A DNA stretch of 62,387 bases, filler included. It is 5 parts of 5 records of this genome, joined end to end, with 100 filler letters (N's around TTAATTAATTAA, not from the genome) between each part and the next. Parts side by side here need not be neighbours in the genome. Positions count along the whole stretch, not along the records: positions 23,411 to 31,428 come from DRR723986_8966; positions 31,529 to 39,518 come from DRR723986_8967; 3 more parts are not named here. One strand, 5' to 3'. A program made the translations under genes and the position numbers. Numbering within the stretch: position 1 is the first letter of the stretch; every line of letters begins with the position of its first letter. Below, in pieces: positions 28,681 through 39,063 of this stretch. The notes under the pieces were generated by a model. That model made no database searches. It was not told the origin of the DNA and saw only the letters and a program-made list of their open reading frames with translations.

Positions 28681-30123
28681 TTAACCCAGTTTGACACGTG
28701 CCGCCCGGATCCCATCGCCATAGGCTTGGCTTATCTGATCATAATGCGCCAAAGCGCGATTGATGATCTCATCCGGCACACCAGCCATCGCTTCGGCAGT
28801 GTTCATGTACAGCCGCGACCGTTGCCCGTCGTCCATCAAATCATGCAAAGCCCGTGGTTGGCCGTAATCGTCATTGCCATCCCGGTGATTGTACCGATCT
28901 GCATCGCCCGACAATTTCAACGGCGGTTCCGCATATTCCGGGCTCTCTGTCGCGCCACCCATGGTGTTTGGCTCGTAATAGGCCTCGTCAGCGCCGGTCA
29001 CTTGACCCAAAACATTCATCTGACCATCTTTGTGATAGTGGTGCATCGGGCACTGCGGACGGTTCACCGGCAGCTGCTCATAGTGGGTGCCCAACCGATA
29101 GCGGTGCGCATCCGCATAGGAAAAGATCCGTGCCTGCAACACTTTGTCTGGCGAAAACCCGATGCCCGGCACGATATTGCTGGGGGAATAGGCGGCGTTT
29201 TCAATTTCAGCAAAGTAGTTGTCGGCGTTGCGGTTCAGCTCCATCACACCCACATCGATCAGTGGGAAATCGCCATGCGGCCAGACCTTGGTCAGATCAA
29301 ACGGATCATATGATGTTTCTTCAGCCTGTGCCTCGGTCATCACCTGAATTTTGACGTCCCATTTGGGGAAATCACCCGCTTCGATCGTGCCAAACAGCGC
29401 CTCTTGATAGCCCTCGCGAGTCTCTCCAATCTTGGCGCCGCTTTCTGCGTTGGTCAGATGGGCATGGCCTTGCTGCGTTTTAAAGTGGAACTTGACCCAA
29501 ACCCGCGACCCATCCGCATTCACCATCGAATAGGTGTGCGAGCCGTAGCCGTTCATTTGCATTGGCGTGGTGGGGCAGCCGCGATCTGACATCAGGATCG
29601 TAACCTGATGCAAGGCTTCGGGACTCAGGCTCCAATAGTCCCACATTGCGGTGCCGGATCGAATGTTTGTGCGCGGATGACGCTTTTGCGTATGGATGAA
29701 ATCGGGGAATTTATACGGGTCGCGCAAAAAGAAGACCGGCGTATTGTTTCCAACAAGGTCCCAATTGCCTTCCTCGGTATAGAACTTCAGGGCAAAGCCG
29801 CGCACATCACGTTCATTGTCGGCCGCCCCCAGCTCACCCGCAACGGTTGAGAACCGGCAAATCATGGGCGTTTGCTTGCCCACTTCGGAAAACAGCTTGG
29901 CTTTAGTGTATTTTGAAATGTCATGGGTAACGGTCAACGTCCCATGCGCGCCCCAACCTTTGGCGTGCACAACACGCTCGGGGATTCGTTCCCGATTCTG
30001 ATGCGCCAGTTTTTCCAGCAGCTGATAATCCTGCATCAACAATGGGCCACGGGGTCCGGCCGTGGCCGAATTCTGGTTGTCCGCAATAGGATTACCGGCC
30101 GTGGTGGTCAGCTTTTTCGTCAT
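28681..30123 (-). CDS. katA: Monofunctional heme catalase (small subunit)
   Basis: [47 protein letters not shown] proximal-ligand motif. Confidence 0.96.
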   Translation of the reverse strand: MTKKLTTTAGNPIADNQNSATAGPRGPLLMQDYQLLEKLAHQNRERIPERVVHAKGWGAHGTLTVTHDISKYTKAKLFSEVGKQTPMICRFSTVAGELGAADNERDVRGFALKFYTEEGNWDLVGNNTPVFFLRDPYKFPDFIHTQKRHPRTNIRSGTAMWDYWSLSPEALHQVTILMSDRGCPTTPMQMNGYGSHTYSMVNADGSRVWVKFHFKTQQGHAHLTNAESGAKIGETREGYQEALFGTIEAGDFPKWDVKIQVMTEAQAEETSYDPFDLTKVWPHGDFPLIDVGVMELNRNADNYFAEIENAAYSPSNIVPGIGFSPDKVLQARIFSYADAHRYRLGTHYEQLPVNRPQCPMHHYHKDGQMNVLGQVTGADEAYYEPNTMGGATESPEYAEPPLKLSGDADRYNHRDGNDDYGQPRALHDLMDDGQRSRLYMNTAEAMAGVPDEIINRALAHYDQISQAYGDGIRAARVKLG

Positions 30124-30225
30124 GGGGTCGCTCCTCAGATGTGCAAATACCAACTGAGGCCAGACTGACACTCAAATACAATAAACACCAATTGCACTTT
30201 CTTTGAATTTTCATAATCTAGGGTT

Positions 30226-31152
30226 ATGAAATTCACACTCCGACAACTCGAATATTTTCGCGCACTGGCTGAACAACGCAATTTTGGGCGCGCAGCAACG
30301 GTCTGCCACGTGTCGCAACCCGCGCTTTCGGTTCAAATTCGCAGCCTCGAAGAGGTCATGGGCGGCCCCTTAGTCGAACGTCACGCCCGCGATGTGGTGC
30401 TGACCCCACTTGGTCGTGACGCACTGGGTCTGGCCCAAGATGTGCTGGCCACCGCAGAACGGCTGGAACGCCTGTCGCAAGACAAATCCGGCCAACGCTC
30501 TCTGTCTTTGGGGCTGATTCCCACCATGGCGCCTTATTTGCTGCCCGGCGTTCTGGCCGCCCTTCGCGCAGGTGATCTGTCGCTCAAGGTTCAGGTGCGC
30601 GAGGCCCGGACCGAACGGCTGCTCGAAGCCCTGCGGTTGGGCGAAATTGATGCCGCGGTGCTAGCGCTCCCCGCAACTGGGGACGGCCTGTTCAGTGCCC
30701 CCCTGTTTCAGGATCGCTTTTTGCTGGCTGGGTCCGAAACCCGACTGGGTCGGTTGGCTCATGGCCCCGAAACCCTGCGCCCAACGGACCTAAAGGCGGG
30801 GCAATTGATGTTGCTCGAAGACGGTCATTGCCTAACCGATCAAGCGCTCGAGGTCTGCGGCCAAGATCGCACAAGCGCAGGGATCAACATGGGCGCCTCA
30901 TCCCTGGGAACGCTATCGCGCCTCGTCGCCGAAGGGTTCGGGCTGACCCTAATGCCCGAACTTGCGGCGCAATCTGAATGCGCTGCAGTGCATGGGCTGA
31001 AACTCATCCGATTTCCAAATCCCGAACCCGCCCGCACCGTGGGTCTGGTGCGTCGCGACACCACTCGCGCCGAAGGATGGTTTGACGACCTCGGCGAACT
31101 GATCCGTCAGGTTGGCCAGGACATTCTGTCCAACTGCCGCGCCAATCATTAA
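30226..31152 (+). CDS. oxyR: OxyR, LysR-family H2O2 sensor, divergent from catalase
   Basis: LysR HTH, IPTMAPYLLP, LEDGHCLTDQALEVC with both redox-active cysteines. Confidence 0.92.
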   Translation: MKFTLRQLEYFRALAEQRNFGRAATVCHVSQPALSVQIRSLEEVMGGPLVERHARDVVLTPLGRDALGLAQDVLATAERLERLSQDKSGQRSLSLGLIPTMAPYLLPGVLAALRAGDLSLKVQVREARTERLLEALRLGEIDAAVLALPATGDGLFSAPLFQDRFLLAGSETRLGRLAHGPETLRPTDLKAGQLMLLEDGHCLTDQALEVCGQDRTSAGINMGASSLGTLSRLVAEGFGLTLMPELAAQSECAAVHGLKLIRFPNPEPARTVGLVRRDTTRAEGWFDDLGELIRQVGQDILSNCRANH

Positions 31153-31162
31153 CCCTAGAACG

Positions 31163-31196
31163 AAAAAGAGGCCCGCCATCAGCGAGCCTCTTCTTT
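31163..31196. terminator. Bidirectional terminator between oxyR and the peroxiredoxin gene
   Basis: AAAAAGAGGC-ccgccatcagcga-GCCTCTTCTTT hairpin with A/T tails on both sides. Confidence 0.6.
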
Positions 31197-31214
31197 AAAA
31201 CCAGTCGTGCGGGC

Positions 31215-31428
31215 TTAGGCCAGCGCGGGTTCTTTTTTCTCGACCAGATAGGCCAGAACGGTTTCAGGCGACGACACACCATAGGGGTCTTCGGGGTGGT
31301 TGTCGGCCAGACCGGGCTCTTCGAACCATGCCTCAACAACACCGTTGTTGATCACGGCCGCATAACGCCACGAACGCATGCCAAAGCCCAGATTGTCTTT
31401 GTCGACCAGCATACCCATCTTGCGGGTG
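31215..31428 (-). CDS. Peroxiredoxin (Prx5/AhpC-TSA family), 3' part
   Basis: GMLVDKDNLGFGMRSWRYAAVINNGVVEAWFEEPG...DPYGVSSPE; 5' end lost at the contig edge. Confidence 0.88.
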
Positions 31429-31528
31429 NNNNNNNNNNNNNNNNNNNNNNNNNNNNNNNNNNNNNNNNNNNNTTAATTAATTAANNNNNNNNNNNNNNNN
31501 NNNNNNNNNNNNNNNNNNNNNNNNNNNN
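31429..31528. other. Artificial contig linker
   Basis: N44-TTAATTAATTAA-N44. Confidence 0.98.
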
Positions 31529-31798
31529 GTACATGCCGATGGTCATGATGTCGAACTGACCGCCGTTGGTGGTGATGTCGGTGGTCACACGCTGACGCAG
31601 AACGTTTTCTTCCAGCGTCACCCACTCAACCGCGATGCCGGTCGCTTCGGTGAAGTGGTCGGTGTAGCCCTGCATGCGGATCATGTCACCGTTGTTCACG
31701 GTGGCGATGGTGATTGTCGTATCCTGTGCAAACGCCGCCGATGCGGTCAGGCACAGTGCAAGCGCACTGGTGGCGCGAATAAGTGTCTTCGAAGACAT
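31529..31798 (-). CDS. smoE: Polyol (sorbitol/mannitol) ABC transporter binding protein, SmoE-like, 5' part
   Basis: Signal peptide + TIATVNNGDMIRMQ...EWVTLEENVLRQRVTTDITTNGGQFDIMTIGMY. Confidence 0.85.
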
Positions 31799-31845
31799 CC
31801 TGTCCTCCCTTGATGGATGTAACGAGACATACCATGCGCAAGAAT

Positions 31846-31880
31846 CATACGCGCGTCAACTAAAATTTTACGCGCGTAAA
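31846..31880. promoter_or_regulatory. LacI-type operators upstream of the polyol SBP gene
   Basis: Perfect palindrome TTTACGCGCGTAAA (31867-31880), an imperfect copy CATACGCGCGTCAA (31846-31859), and a related site near 33001-33013 upstream of the LacI gene. Confidence 0.75.
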
Positions 31881-31890
31881 TTTTTGTATT

Positions 31891-32922
31891 TCAAGCAGAG
31901 GCACGCACCACCAGATGTGCTGGGAAAAGTGTCTCTTGCCGGGTGGCAAACCGGCCCCCGGTTTCGATCAGTTCCAGCAGGGTTTCGACACTCCGCCCCG
32001 CCACTTTGTCATAGTCATGCGCGGCGGTCGTCAGGGCCGGGCATGTAAAGCGCGCGAAGGGATGATCGTCATGTGACGCCACCCGCAAGTCGCAATCCGC
32101 CCCGCGCCCGACTTTGATCCCCCGCTCGTAACAGGCCGACAGAACCCCGATGGCCAGTCGATCATTGGAACACAAGATGGTGTTGGTGGTGAAATCCCCC
32201 GCTGCAAGCGCTGCGTGGGTGCCTTGACGGCCGATCTCTTCGAATGCCCACCCGTCTCCTTCAATGCCGACAACAACCGGTTGCTGCCCATGGCGCTTCA
32301 TGGCATCGATATAGGCATTGCGCCGCTTGTTGGCGTTCGGATTGGCGGGAGTTCGCATCTCCAGGAAGCAGGGCGGCTCGCCGCTGCGCATCAGGTAATC
32401 CACCGTCTGGTTGACAAAGCTGACATTGTCCGACCCGACAAAAGCCTCGCCCATTCCACCGATATTGCTGTCGAACAGGACCGTCGGCACGTCCTGACAG
32501 AACCTCTCGATTGCCGATTTGTCGGATGCCCGTCCTAGCGGGGCCATCAGAACGCCCGCAGGCTTCAAGGACCGCAGACTGTCGAGATTGTCGATTTCCT
32601 GCGACTGTTCCCCGTGCGAGCTGAGAAGGATCGGGCGGAACCCTGCCGCGATGCAGAGGTTTTCGATATTCCGGGCGATTTCTGCAAAGAACGGGTCGGC
32701 AAGATACGGCACCACGATCCCCAGGTTCTTGGTCAGCCTGCGGTTCTGGTTGATGGCGTAGACGTTGGGGCGGTAGTCATATTGTTCCAGCGCTGCCTCG
32801 ATCCGAGCGCGCGTGGTCTGGCGCACGCTGTCGGGGTCATTGAAGTATTTCGACACGGTCGGCCGCGAGATGCCACTCACGGCGGCGAACTCTTCCATGT
32901 TTCTGATCTTGCGGTCGCTCAT
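31891..32922 (-). CDS. LacI-family transcriptional regulator
   Basis: MEEFAAVSGISRPTVSKYFN HTH, YRPN, periplasmic-binding-like effector domain, PALTT. Confidence 0.93.
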   Translation of the reverse strand: MSDRKIRNMEEFAAVSGISRPTVSKYFNDPDSVRQTTRARIEAALEQYDYRPNVYAINQNRRLTKNLGIVVPYLADPFFAEIARNIENLCIAAGFRPILLSSHGEQSQEIDNLDSLRSLKPAGVLMAPLGRASDKSAIERFCQDVPTVLFDSNIGGMGEAFVGSDNVSFVNQTVDYLMRSGEPPCFLEMRTPANPNANKRRNAYIDAMKRHGQQPVVVGIEGDGWAFEEIGRQGTHAALAAGDFTTNTILCSNDRLAIGVLSACYERGIKVGRGADCDLRVASHDDHPFARFTCPALTTAAHDYDKVAGRSVETLLELIETGGRFATRQETLFPAHLVVRASA

Positions 32923-33075
32923 CTGCCGTTCTTTGCTTTTCTTTCCCGTCTTCGCTGCGCCACGCCAGATGCAGCAAAGAAACGCGGCGCGGCCCAAAAG
33001 TATCGCGCGCAAACTTTTCCCTCGTCAAGGTAGGCAGTCCCGCCCGGACCCGTCAAGCTGAACGGGGTAAATGGA

Positions 33076-33294
33076 CTACCAGTGCGGCGGTTTCTGGTCA
33101 GCCAGCGGGACGCTGCCGCCCTGATCCAGCTCGCGCTCCGCCTCACGGTTCATCAGCATTTCCACCCGCCGTGTCAGAACCGCGATCTCCCGGTCCTGGC
33201 GGGCGATCACATCGGACAGGTCCTCAACCTGACGGGTCAGGTGGGCCAGGATGATCTGAAGATCTGAGACATCGGTCATCACGCGCGGTTCCAT
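33076..33294 (-). CDS. slyX: SlyX-family protein
   Basis: AHLTRQVEDLSDVIARQ coiled coil with C-terminal KPPHW. Confidence 0.85.
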   Translation of the reverse strand: MEPRVMTDVSDLQIILAHLTRQVEDLSDVIARQDREIAVLTRRVEMLMNREAERELDQGGSVPLADQKPPHW

Positions 33295-33379
33295 GGGGCG
33301 ACTTGCGGCGGATCAAGGCCCGCCAACCAACAGGGGTATATAATTCAGCCGAATGACACAACATGAAGGATGTGCCCCA

Positions 33380-33793
33380 ATGACGCGCAATACCCCGATC
33401 CGCCCTGCTCTGCTTGCCGCAACCTTTGGTCTTCTGGCGCTCTCCGCAGGTGCCTTTGCCGATGGCATGGCAGATCCGCAGCCCGGACTGTATCAATGCT
33501 GGGGCGACCTGCGTCTTTCGGGCGACAGCACGACCGGCCAGTTGACCGGCACCTTCACAGGCACCTTCGAGGCCGAACTGGGCACCTGGTTTCTGACGCG
33601 CGATGCAAACGGCACCTGGACCGGCACTTGGGCCGAGCAAGAGATCGGGCGCAGCGGCACATTGTTCAGCTTCATCGACACCGAATATGGGTTTTACGCG
33701 GATTTCGACACGCTTCACGCCGGAACCCTGCGCAACGGAAACCCCGGCCCAGTCAGCGGCGGCGGTTTTCGCTGCCATTGGCAGGACCAATAG
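33380..33793 (+). CDS. Hypothetical secreted beta-rich protein
   Basis: AAGGA RBS, signal peptide ending AGAFA, Gly/Thr/Trp-rich repeats (GTFTGTF, GTWTGTW), two Cys. Confidence 0.65.
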   Translation: MTRNTPIRPALLAATFGLLALSAGAFADGMADPQPGLYQCWGDLRLSGDSTTGQLTGTFTGTFEAELGTWFLTRDANGTWTGTWAEQEIGRSGTLFSFIDTEYGFYADFDTLHAGTLRNGNPGPVSGGGFRCHWQDQ

Positions 33794-33900
33794 CCGCCCG
33801 CATACCATCGAAAAGCAGACAACAATCCGTCGGCCGCCTTGCCCCCACGCGCCCCCCAAGCTAAACGCCCGGTGAACCCGGATCCGAAGGGATGGCACGC

Positions 33901-35382
33901 ATGGCCAAGCAAAAGAAACAGCCCCGCCCCAAGGCAGAGACGCCCAAGGGCTTTCGCGACTATTTCGGCGCGGAAGTGACCGAGCGCAACGAGATGCTTG
34001 CCCGGATCGCCGAGGTCTATCATCGCTACGGGTTTGACCCGCTGGAAACCTCTGCCGTGGAAACGGTGGAGGCGCTTGGCAAGTTCCTGCCCGATGTGGA
34101 CCGGCCCAATGCCGGTGTGTTTGCCTGGCAAGAGGAAGACGACGGCAAGTGGCTGGCGCTGCGCTATGACATGACCGCGCCCTTGGCCCGCGTCGCCGCG
34201 CAGTTCCGTAACGACCTGCCCGCGCCTTACCGCCGCTTCACCATGGGGCCGGTCTGGCGGAATGAGAAGCCGGGGCCAGGGCGTTTCCGCCAGTTCTACC
34301 AGTGCGACGCGGATACCGTGGGCGCGCCGTCGGTGGCGGCGGATGCCGAGATCTGCGCCATGCTGGCCGACACGTTGGAAGCCGTCGGCATCCCGCGTGG
34401 GGATTACATTGTCCGGGTGAATAATAGGAAGGTGCTGGAAGGGGTTCTTGAGGCGATCGGCCTTTCCGAGGATCATGCCGAAACACGCGAGGCTGTTCTG
34501 CGAACAATCGACAAATTTGACAAGGTCGGGCGCGAGGGTGTGCTTCAGTTGCTTACAAAGGGTCGCCTGGATGCTTCGGGGGCATATATCGACGGCATAG
34601 GGCTGAGCGACCAACAGGCTGAAATGGTCTTCAACTTCCTTGCATCGACGGGTGAAAACAACGCTGAAACCATTGGTTTGCTTAGTCAAGTGATCGCTGA
34701 CTCTGCAGTCGGCGACGAAGGGTTGCGCGAACTGGAGCAAATCGCTGATCTGCTTGCTGCTCAGGGTTACCGGGAAGATCAGATCAAAATCGATTCAAGC
34801 GTCGTGCGCGGGCTCGGTTACTACACCGGCCCGGTCTACGAGGCGGAACTGACCTTCAAGGTGCTCGACGAGAAAGGCCGCCCGCGCCAGTTTGGCAGCG
34901 TGGCAGGCGGCGGGCGCTATGACGATCTTGTCAAGCGCTTCACCGGTCAGGCGGTGCCCGCGACCGGCGTTTCCATCGGCGTTGACCGGCTGCTGGCCGC
35001 CCTGCGCGAAAAGGGACGCGTCGGCGGCACTGCGCAAGGCCCCGTGGTCGTGACCGTGATGGACCGCGACCGGATGGCTGAATACCAGAAAATGGCGACC
35101 GAGTTGCGCAACGCGGGTATCCGGGCCGAGGTCTACCTGGGCAACCCAAAGAACTTCGGCAACCAGTTGAAATACGCGGACAAGCGGGAAAGCCCGGTCG
35201 CGATCATCCAAGGTTCGGACGAAGCGGAGCGCGGCGTCGTGCAGATCAAGGATTTGATCCTCGGCGCGCAGATCGCGCAGGAAGCCAGCCTTGAGGAATG
35301 GAAGTCGCAGCCCGCACAACGCGAAGTGCCGCGCGAAGATCTGGTCGCTGAAGTGAAGGCCATTCTGGACCGGGGCAAATGA
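33901..35382 (+). CDS. hisS: Histidine--tRNA ligase
   Basis: [62 protein letters not shown]. Confidence 0.97.
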   Translation: MAKQKKQPRPKAETPKGFRDYFGAEVTERNEMLARIAEVYHRYGFDPLETSAVETVEALGKFLPDVDRPNAGVFAWQEEDDGKWLALRYDMTAPLARVAAQFRNDLPAPYRRFTMGPVWRNEKPGPGRFRQFYQCDADTVGAPSVAADAEICAMLADTLEAVGIPRGDYIVRVNNRKVLEGVLEAIGLSEDHAETREAVLRTIDKFDKVGREGVLQLLTKGRLDASGAYIDGIGLSDQQAEMVFNFLASTGENNAETIGLLSQVIADSAVGDEGLRELEQIADLLAAQGYREDQIKIDSSVVRGLGYYTGPVYEAELTFKVLDEKGRPRQFGSVAGGGRYDDLVKRFTGQAVPATGVSIGVDRLLAALREKGRVGGTAQGPVVVTVMDRDRMAEYQKMATELRNAGIRAEVYLGNPKNFGNQLKYADKRESPVAIIQGSDEAERGVVQIKDLILGAQIAQEASLEEWKSQPAQREVPREDLVAEVKAILDRGK

Positions 35383-36485
35383 CCGACAAGATCACCGTCC
35401 GGGCCGAGGCTGAACGGCTCTTCGCTTTCTTCAAGGCGTCCGGCGCGATGCCGGTCGATGCCGATCTGCTGCAACCGGCGGATACGCTGCTGGATCTCTA
35501 TGGCGAGGATATCCGCGCGCGGGCCTATGTCACCCAAGACCCGAACCGGGGCGAGATGATGCTGCGTCCCGACTTCACCGTGCCGGTGGTTCAAACCCAT
35601 ATGGAACATGGCGGAGAACCGGCGCGCTATACCTATCTGGGCGAGGTCTTCCGTAAACAGCAGGCCGATTCCGGTCGGGCGACGGAGTACCTGCAAGTGG
35701 GCTACGAACTGTTCGACCGCGAAGACCCGGAACGCGCCGATGCCGAGGTGTTTTCGCTGTTCAACGAGGTCTTGTCACCGCTTGGTTTGCGGCCTGCAAC
35801 CGGCGATATCGGCATTCTCAAGGCCGCCGTGGAAACCCTGACGACCACAGATCGCCGCAAGGGCGCGCTGATGCGTCATATTTGGCGGCCAAGGCGTTTC
35901 CGCGCCCTGCTGGACAGGTTCACCGGCCGGGTCGAGATGGATGCCGCCCGCAAGACCCTGTTGGACCGTGTGGCACGCGACGGGGCCGAGGCCGTGGTGG
36001 AAGACGCAGGTGCCGAGATCGGACTGCGCAGCCGCGCCGATGTGCTGGCCCGCATAGCGCACTTGCAGGCCGATGCCGCCGAGCCGCCGATCAGCCGCAG
36101 CGAGGCCGAGGTTCTGGATGTGATCCTGTCCTTGCGGGAAAGCCTGCCAAACGCGCACCAGCATCTGCGTGATATCACTGTGGATCTGCCGGGCATGACG
36201 CCATCTGTCGAACGGATGGCACGGCGCATGGATGCGCTGGCGGCTGCCGGGATCAGTGTCGAGGATCTGCCGTTCGAGGCAAGCTTCGGGCGCACGACGC
36301 TGGAATATTATGACGGGTTCGTCTTTGGCTTCGTCGCCGAAGGTCGACCCGACCTGCCCCCCGTCGCCACCGGCGGACGCTATGATGCGCTGACCCGGGT
36401 TCTTGGTCGCGGTCAAGAGATTCCTGCCGTGGGCGGTGTGATCCGCCCGGAACTGGTGCAGCAATTGCGGGAGGGTCTGGCATGA
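35379..36485 (+). CDS. hisZ: ATP phosphoribosyltransferase regulatory subunit
   Basis: [29 protein letters not shown]; sits between hisS and hisG. Confidence 0.94.
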   Translation: MTDKITVRAEAERLFAFFKASGAMPVDADLLQPADTLLDLYGEDIRARAYVTQDPNRGEMMLRPDFTVPVVQTHMEHGGEPARYTYLGEVFRKQQADSGRATEYLQVGYELFDREDPERADAEVFSLFNEVLSPLGLRPATGDIGILKAAVETLTTTDRRKGALMRHIWRPRRFRALLDRFTGRVEMDAARKTLLDRVARDGAEAVVEDAGAEIGLRSRADVLARIAHLQADAAEPPISRSEAEVLDVILSLRESLPNAHQHLRDITVDLPGMTPSVERMARRMDALAAAGISVEDLPFEASFGRTTLEYYDGFVFGFVAEGRPDLPPVATGGRYDALTRVLGRGQEIPAVGGVIRPELVQQLREGLA

Positions 36486-37171
36486 CCCTGAAACTCGGGG
36501 TGCCCTCCAAGGGCCGGCTGATGGAAAAGACGTTTGACTGGTTCGCAGATCGGGGCATCGAGATGCGCCGCAGCGGGTCGGACCGGGAATACGCGGCACA
36601 GGTGGACGGGGCGAATGTGGACCTCGTGCTGCTCAGTGCCGGTGAGATCCCGCGCGAATTGCAGGCGGGCCGCATTCATCTGGGGGTAACCGGCAGCGAT
36701 CTTGTACGCGAGCGTATCCCGTCATGGCAGGACGTTGTGCGGGAATTGCAACCGATGGGGTTTGGCTTCGCCGATCTGATCATCGCGGTGCCGGCCTTCT
36801 GGGTCGATGTGAATTCGCTCGATGATCTCGACGCCGCCGCCGCCGATTTTCGCCGCCGCCATGGGCACCGCCTGCGGATCGCCACCAAGTATCACCGGCT
36901 GGTGCGGGACTTTCTGCGCGATGCCGGTGTGGCGGATTACCAGCTGGTCGACAGTCAGGGCGCGACCGAGGGCACCGTCAAGAACCTGACGGCCGAGGCC
37001 ATCGCCGACATCACGTCAACCGGTGAAACCCTGCGCGCCAATCACCTGACCATCCTGCCCGGCGGGCTGATTCACCGCAGTCAGGCTGTCCTGTTCAAAT
37101 CCCGCACAGCAGATTGGTCTGGCGGCAACAAGGCGGTTCTCGAAGATCTGCTCGATCGCCTGGAAATGTGA
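36482..37171 (+). CDS. hisG: ATP phosphoribosyltransferase (short form)
   Basis: GVPSKGRL, GVTGSDL, RIATKY, SQGATEG, IADITSTGETLRANHL. Confidence 0.96.
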   Translation: MTLKLGVPSKGRLMEKTFDWFADRGIEMRRSGSDREYAAQVDGANVDLVLLSAGEIPRELQAGRIHLGVTGSDLVRERIPSWQDVVRELQPMGFGFADLIIAVPAFWVDVNSLDDLDAAAADFRRRHGHRLRIATKYHRLVRDFLRDAGVADYQLVDSQGATEGTVKNLTAEAIADITSTGETLRANHLTILPGGLIHRSQAVLFKSRTADWSGGNKAVLEDLLDRLEM

Positions 37172-37356
37172 ACTGGCCCGGCTTCGCGCTATCAGACGTT
37201 GACCGACGCCCAGAAAACCCGCAGTCTACCGTTTGAGGCGGCTGTGGGCGCTATTTGACGGGCGGATCGGGCACGCTAAGTGGAATAAGTTTGCCACAGT
37301 TCCCAGAGAAATGATTTCTTTTTACCACGGGCCATTTCAATCAGGCAGTTGCGCCG

Positions 37357-37372
37357 GTTAAGTATACTTAAC
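37357..37372. promoter_or_regulatory. Perfect 16-bp palindrome upstream of the porin-like gene
   Basis: GTTAAGTATACTTAAC. Confidence 0.55.
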
Positions 37373-37464
37373 GAGGTTTAGTGATCTCGTCTGCCGGGGG
37401 TATTGCTTGCGGTTTTTGCCGCGCCTGCTTCCAGGCTAAAAATATTTATTTACGGAGAGCCGCC

Positions 37465-38436
37465 ATGAGCGTTCGCACCCTGCTCGCTACCGCCGCCGTC
37501 ATCGCCCTTCCTGGCGTGGCTCTGGCACAAAACGCACCGACCATGAGTTCCACGATTACCTTGGGCTTCACCAGCGGATCGCTGGATGTCGCTGCATTCC
37601 CCGGTTACGATGTGGACCTGACCACCACCAGCATCGATGTTGACAGCGACATCATGTTTGGTTCGAATTTCAATGTCGGCCTGGACTTCGGCATTGCCAT
37701 GACCGAGATCGACGCCACCGGCGGTACCGCGGACGTCGATCTGCTGAGCTTCGCTCTCGAACCGTCCTATCACTTCGGCAACGGTGCATATGTCGGTCTC
37801 TACTACCGTATGGGCGATCTCGACGTTTCGATCCCTCTGCTCCCGATCACCCTCGGCGTCGACACGACGCAGTCGGGTATCTTCGCTGGCTATGAAAACG
37901 GCCCGCTCTGGATCGAAGCGTTCTACGGCACGTCCGATACCGATCCCGGCATTGGCGGCATTGATGTCACCGACATGGGTCTTGCCATGTCCTACGACGT
38001 CATGCCCAACCTCGAGCTTTTCGGTAGCTACACGCGCACCGACATCGACACTGGTGGTTTCCTCGACATCGACGTGACGCTGATGGCAATCGGCGCCGAC
38101 TACGATTTCGGCAACGGCCTGGCGCTTTACGGGTCGGTTGGTCGCCTCGATATCGGCACGCCCTTCCCGATCGATCTTGATGCAACCCAGTTCTCGCTCG
38201 GCGCATCCTACGATCTGGCTGCCGCTGGCGGCGGTTTCCCCGGTGTCGTAAGCCTCGAAATGACCCGCACCAGCTTCGACCTGGCAGGTCTGGATGCAGA
38301 CGTGAACTCGTTCGGTCTGGCCTTGACCATTCCGCTCGGCAACAACGCATCGACCACCCCGCTGAACTCCTCGACCCAGATCGCTCGCGGTTCGTACCGC
38401 TCGGCCATCGCGGGCGGGCTTGCTTCGCTGCGCTAA
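37465..38436 (+). CDS. Outer-membrane porin-like beta-barrel protein
   Basis: Signal peptide (ALPGVALA), alternating amphipathic strands with aromatic girdles (YHFGNG, YDFGNG, GASYDL), biased codon usage. Confidence 0.75.
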   Translation: MSVRTLLATAAVIALPGVALAQNAPTMSSTITLGFTSGSLDVAAFPGYDVDLTTTSIDVDSDIMFGSNFNVGLDFGIAMTEIDATGGTADVDLLSFALEPSYHFGNGAYVGLYYRMGDLDVSIPLLPITLGVDTTQSGIFAGYENGPLWIEAFYGTSDTDPGIGGIDVTDMGLAMSYDVMPNLELFGSYTRTDIDTGGFLDIDVTLMAIGADYDFGNGLALYGSVGRLDIGTPFPIDLDATQFSLGASYDLAAAGGGFPGVVSLEMTRTSFDLAGLDADVNSFGLALTIPLGNNASTTPLNSSTQIARGSYRSAIAGGLASLR

Positions 38437-38460
38437 GCGCGAACGTTCAGAAAACAAATT

Positions 38461-38489
38461 GGCCGGGTGCATCAGCGCCCGGCCTTTTT
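38461..38489 (+). terminator. Rho-independent terminator after the porin-like gene
   Basis: GGCCGGGTGC-atca-GCGCCCGGCC-TTTTT. Confidence 0.8.
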
Positions 38490-38516
38490 CATTGGAACGC
38501 CCGAACCTTGCCGAGG

Positions 38517-38951
38517 CTATCGAACGCCGATATCGGCAAGCGCGTTTTGCAGATCGAGCGGCAGAGTCTCTTCCTGCGCGCGGGCGCCTGACAGATCACG
38601 CGGGGCATCCTCGGGCGTCAGGTATCGCCAGCCCTGAAAGGCGCGCTTCGGAGTGGCTTCGACCCGGACAAGCTTTGCATCCAACACGATGCCACAGCGG
38701 CGAATGCCGTCCTGTCCGATAACCTCGTCCAGCCGCAGCACCCTTTGGCGGGCCTGAACAAACCCCTTGATCACCCAGTAAATCGACCCGCCGTCCAGAA
38801 CCTCTGCCTCACGCTTGGGCCACATCCGGGTGACGTGACGCGGCTGCCCGTCCGGCCAGCGTTCATGCGCCGTGGCCTGCCAGGCTGCCAGATCGTCCAC
38901 GCTTTCCGTACCGACGCTAAGCTTGATGAGATGGGTATATGTGTCTGCCAT
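38517..38951 (-). CDS. DUF1489-like protein
   Basis: HLIKLSVG, HVTRMWPKR..EVLDGGSIYWVIKG, FQGWRYL. Confidence 0.85.
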   Translation of the reverse strand: MADTYTHLIKLSVGTESVDDLAAWQATAHERWPDGQPRHVTRMWPKREAEVLDGGSIYWVIKGFVQARQRVLRLDEVIGQDGIRRCGIVLDAKLVRVEATPKRAFQGWRYLTPEDAPRDLSGARAQEETLPLDLQNALADIGVR

Positions 38952-39063
38952 CGGTCCCCCTTGCTGACCTGCAACATAGGGCGTTTGACCGCGCCTGCCA
39001 ATTGACCCGGGCAGGCCTTGTGGGTATCTTCGTTCCTCCCCCTACCTATATGGATAATGACCA

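Noticed and set aside
38960-39063. Possible NrdR boxes upstream of nrdJ
   Set aside because: Only weak partial matches by eye; needs a matrix scan.
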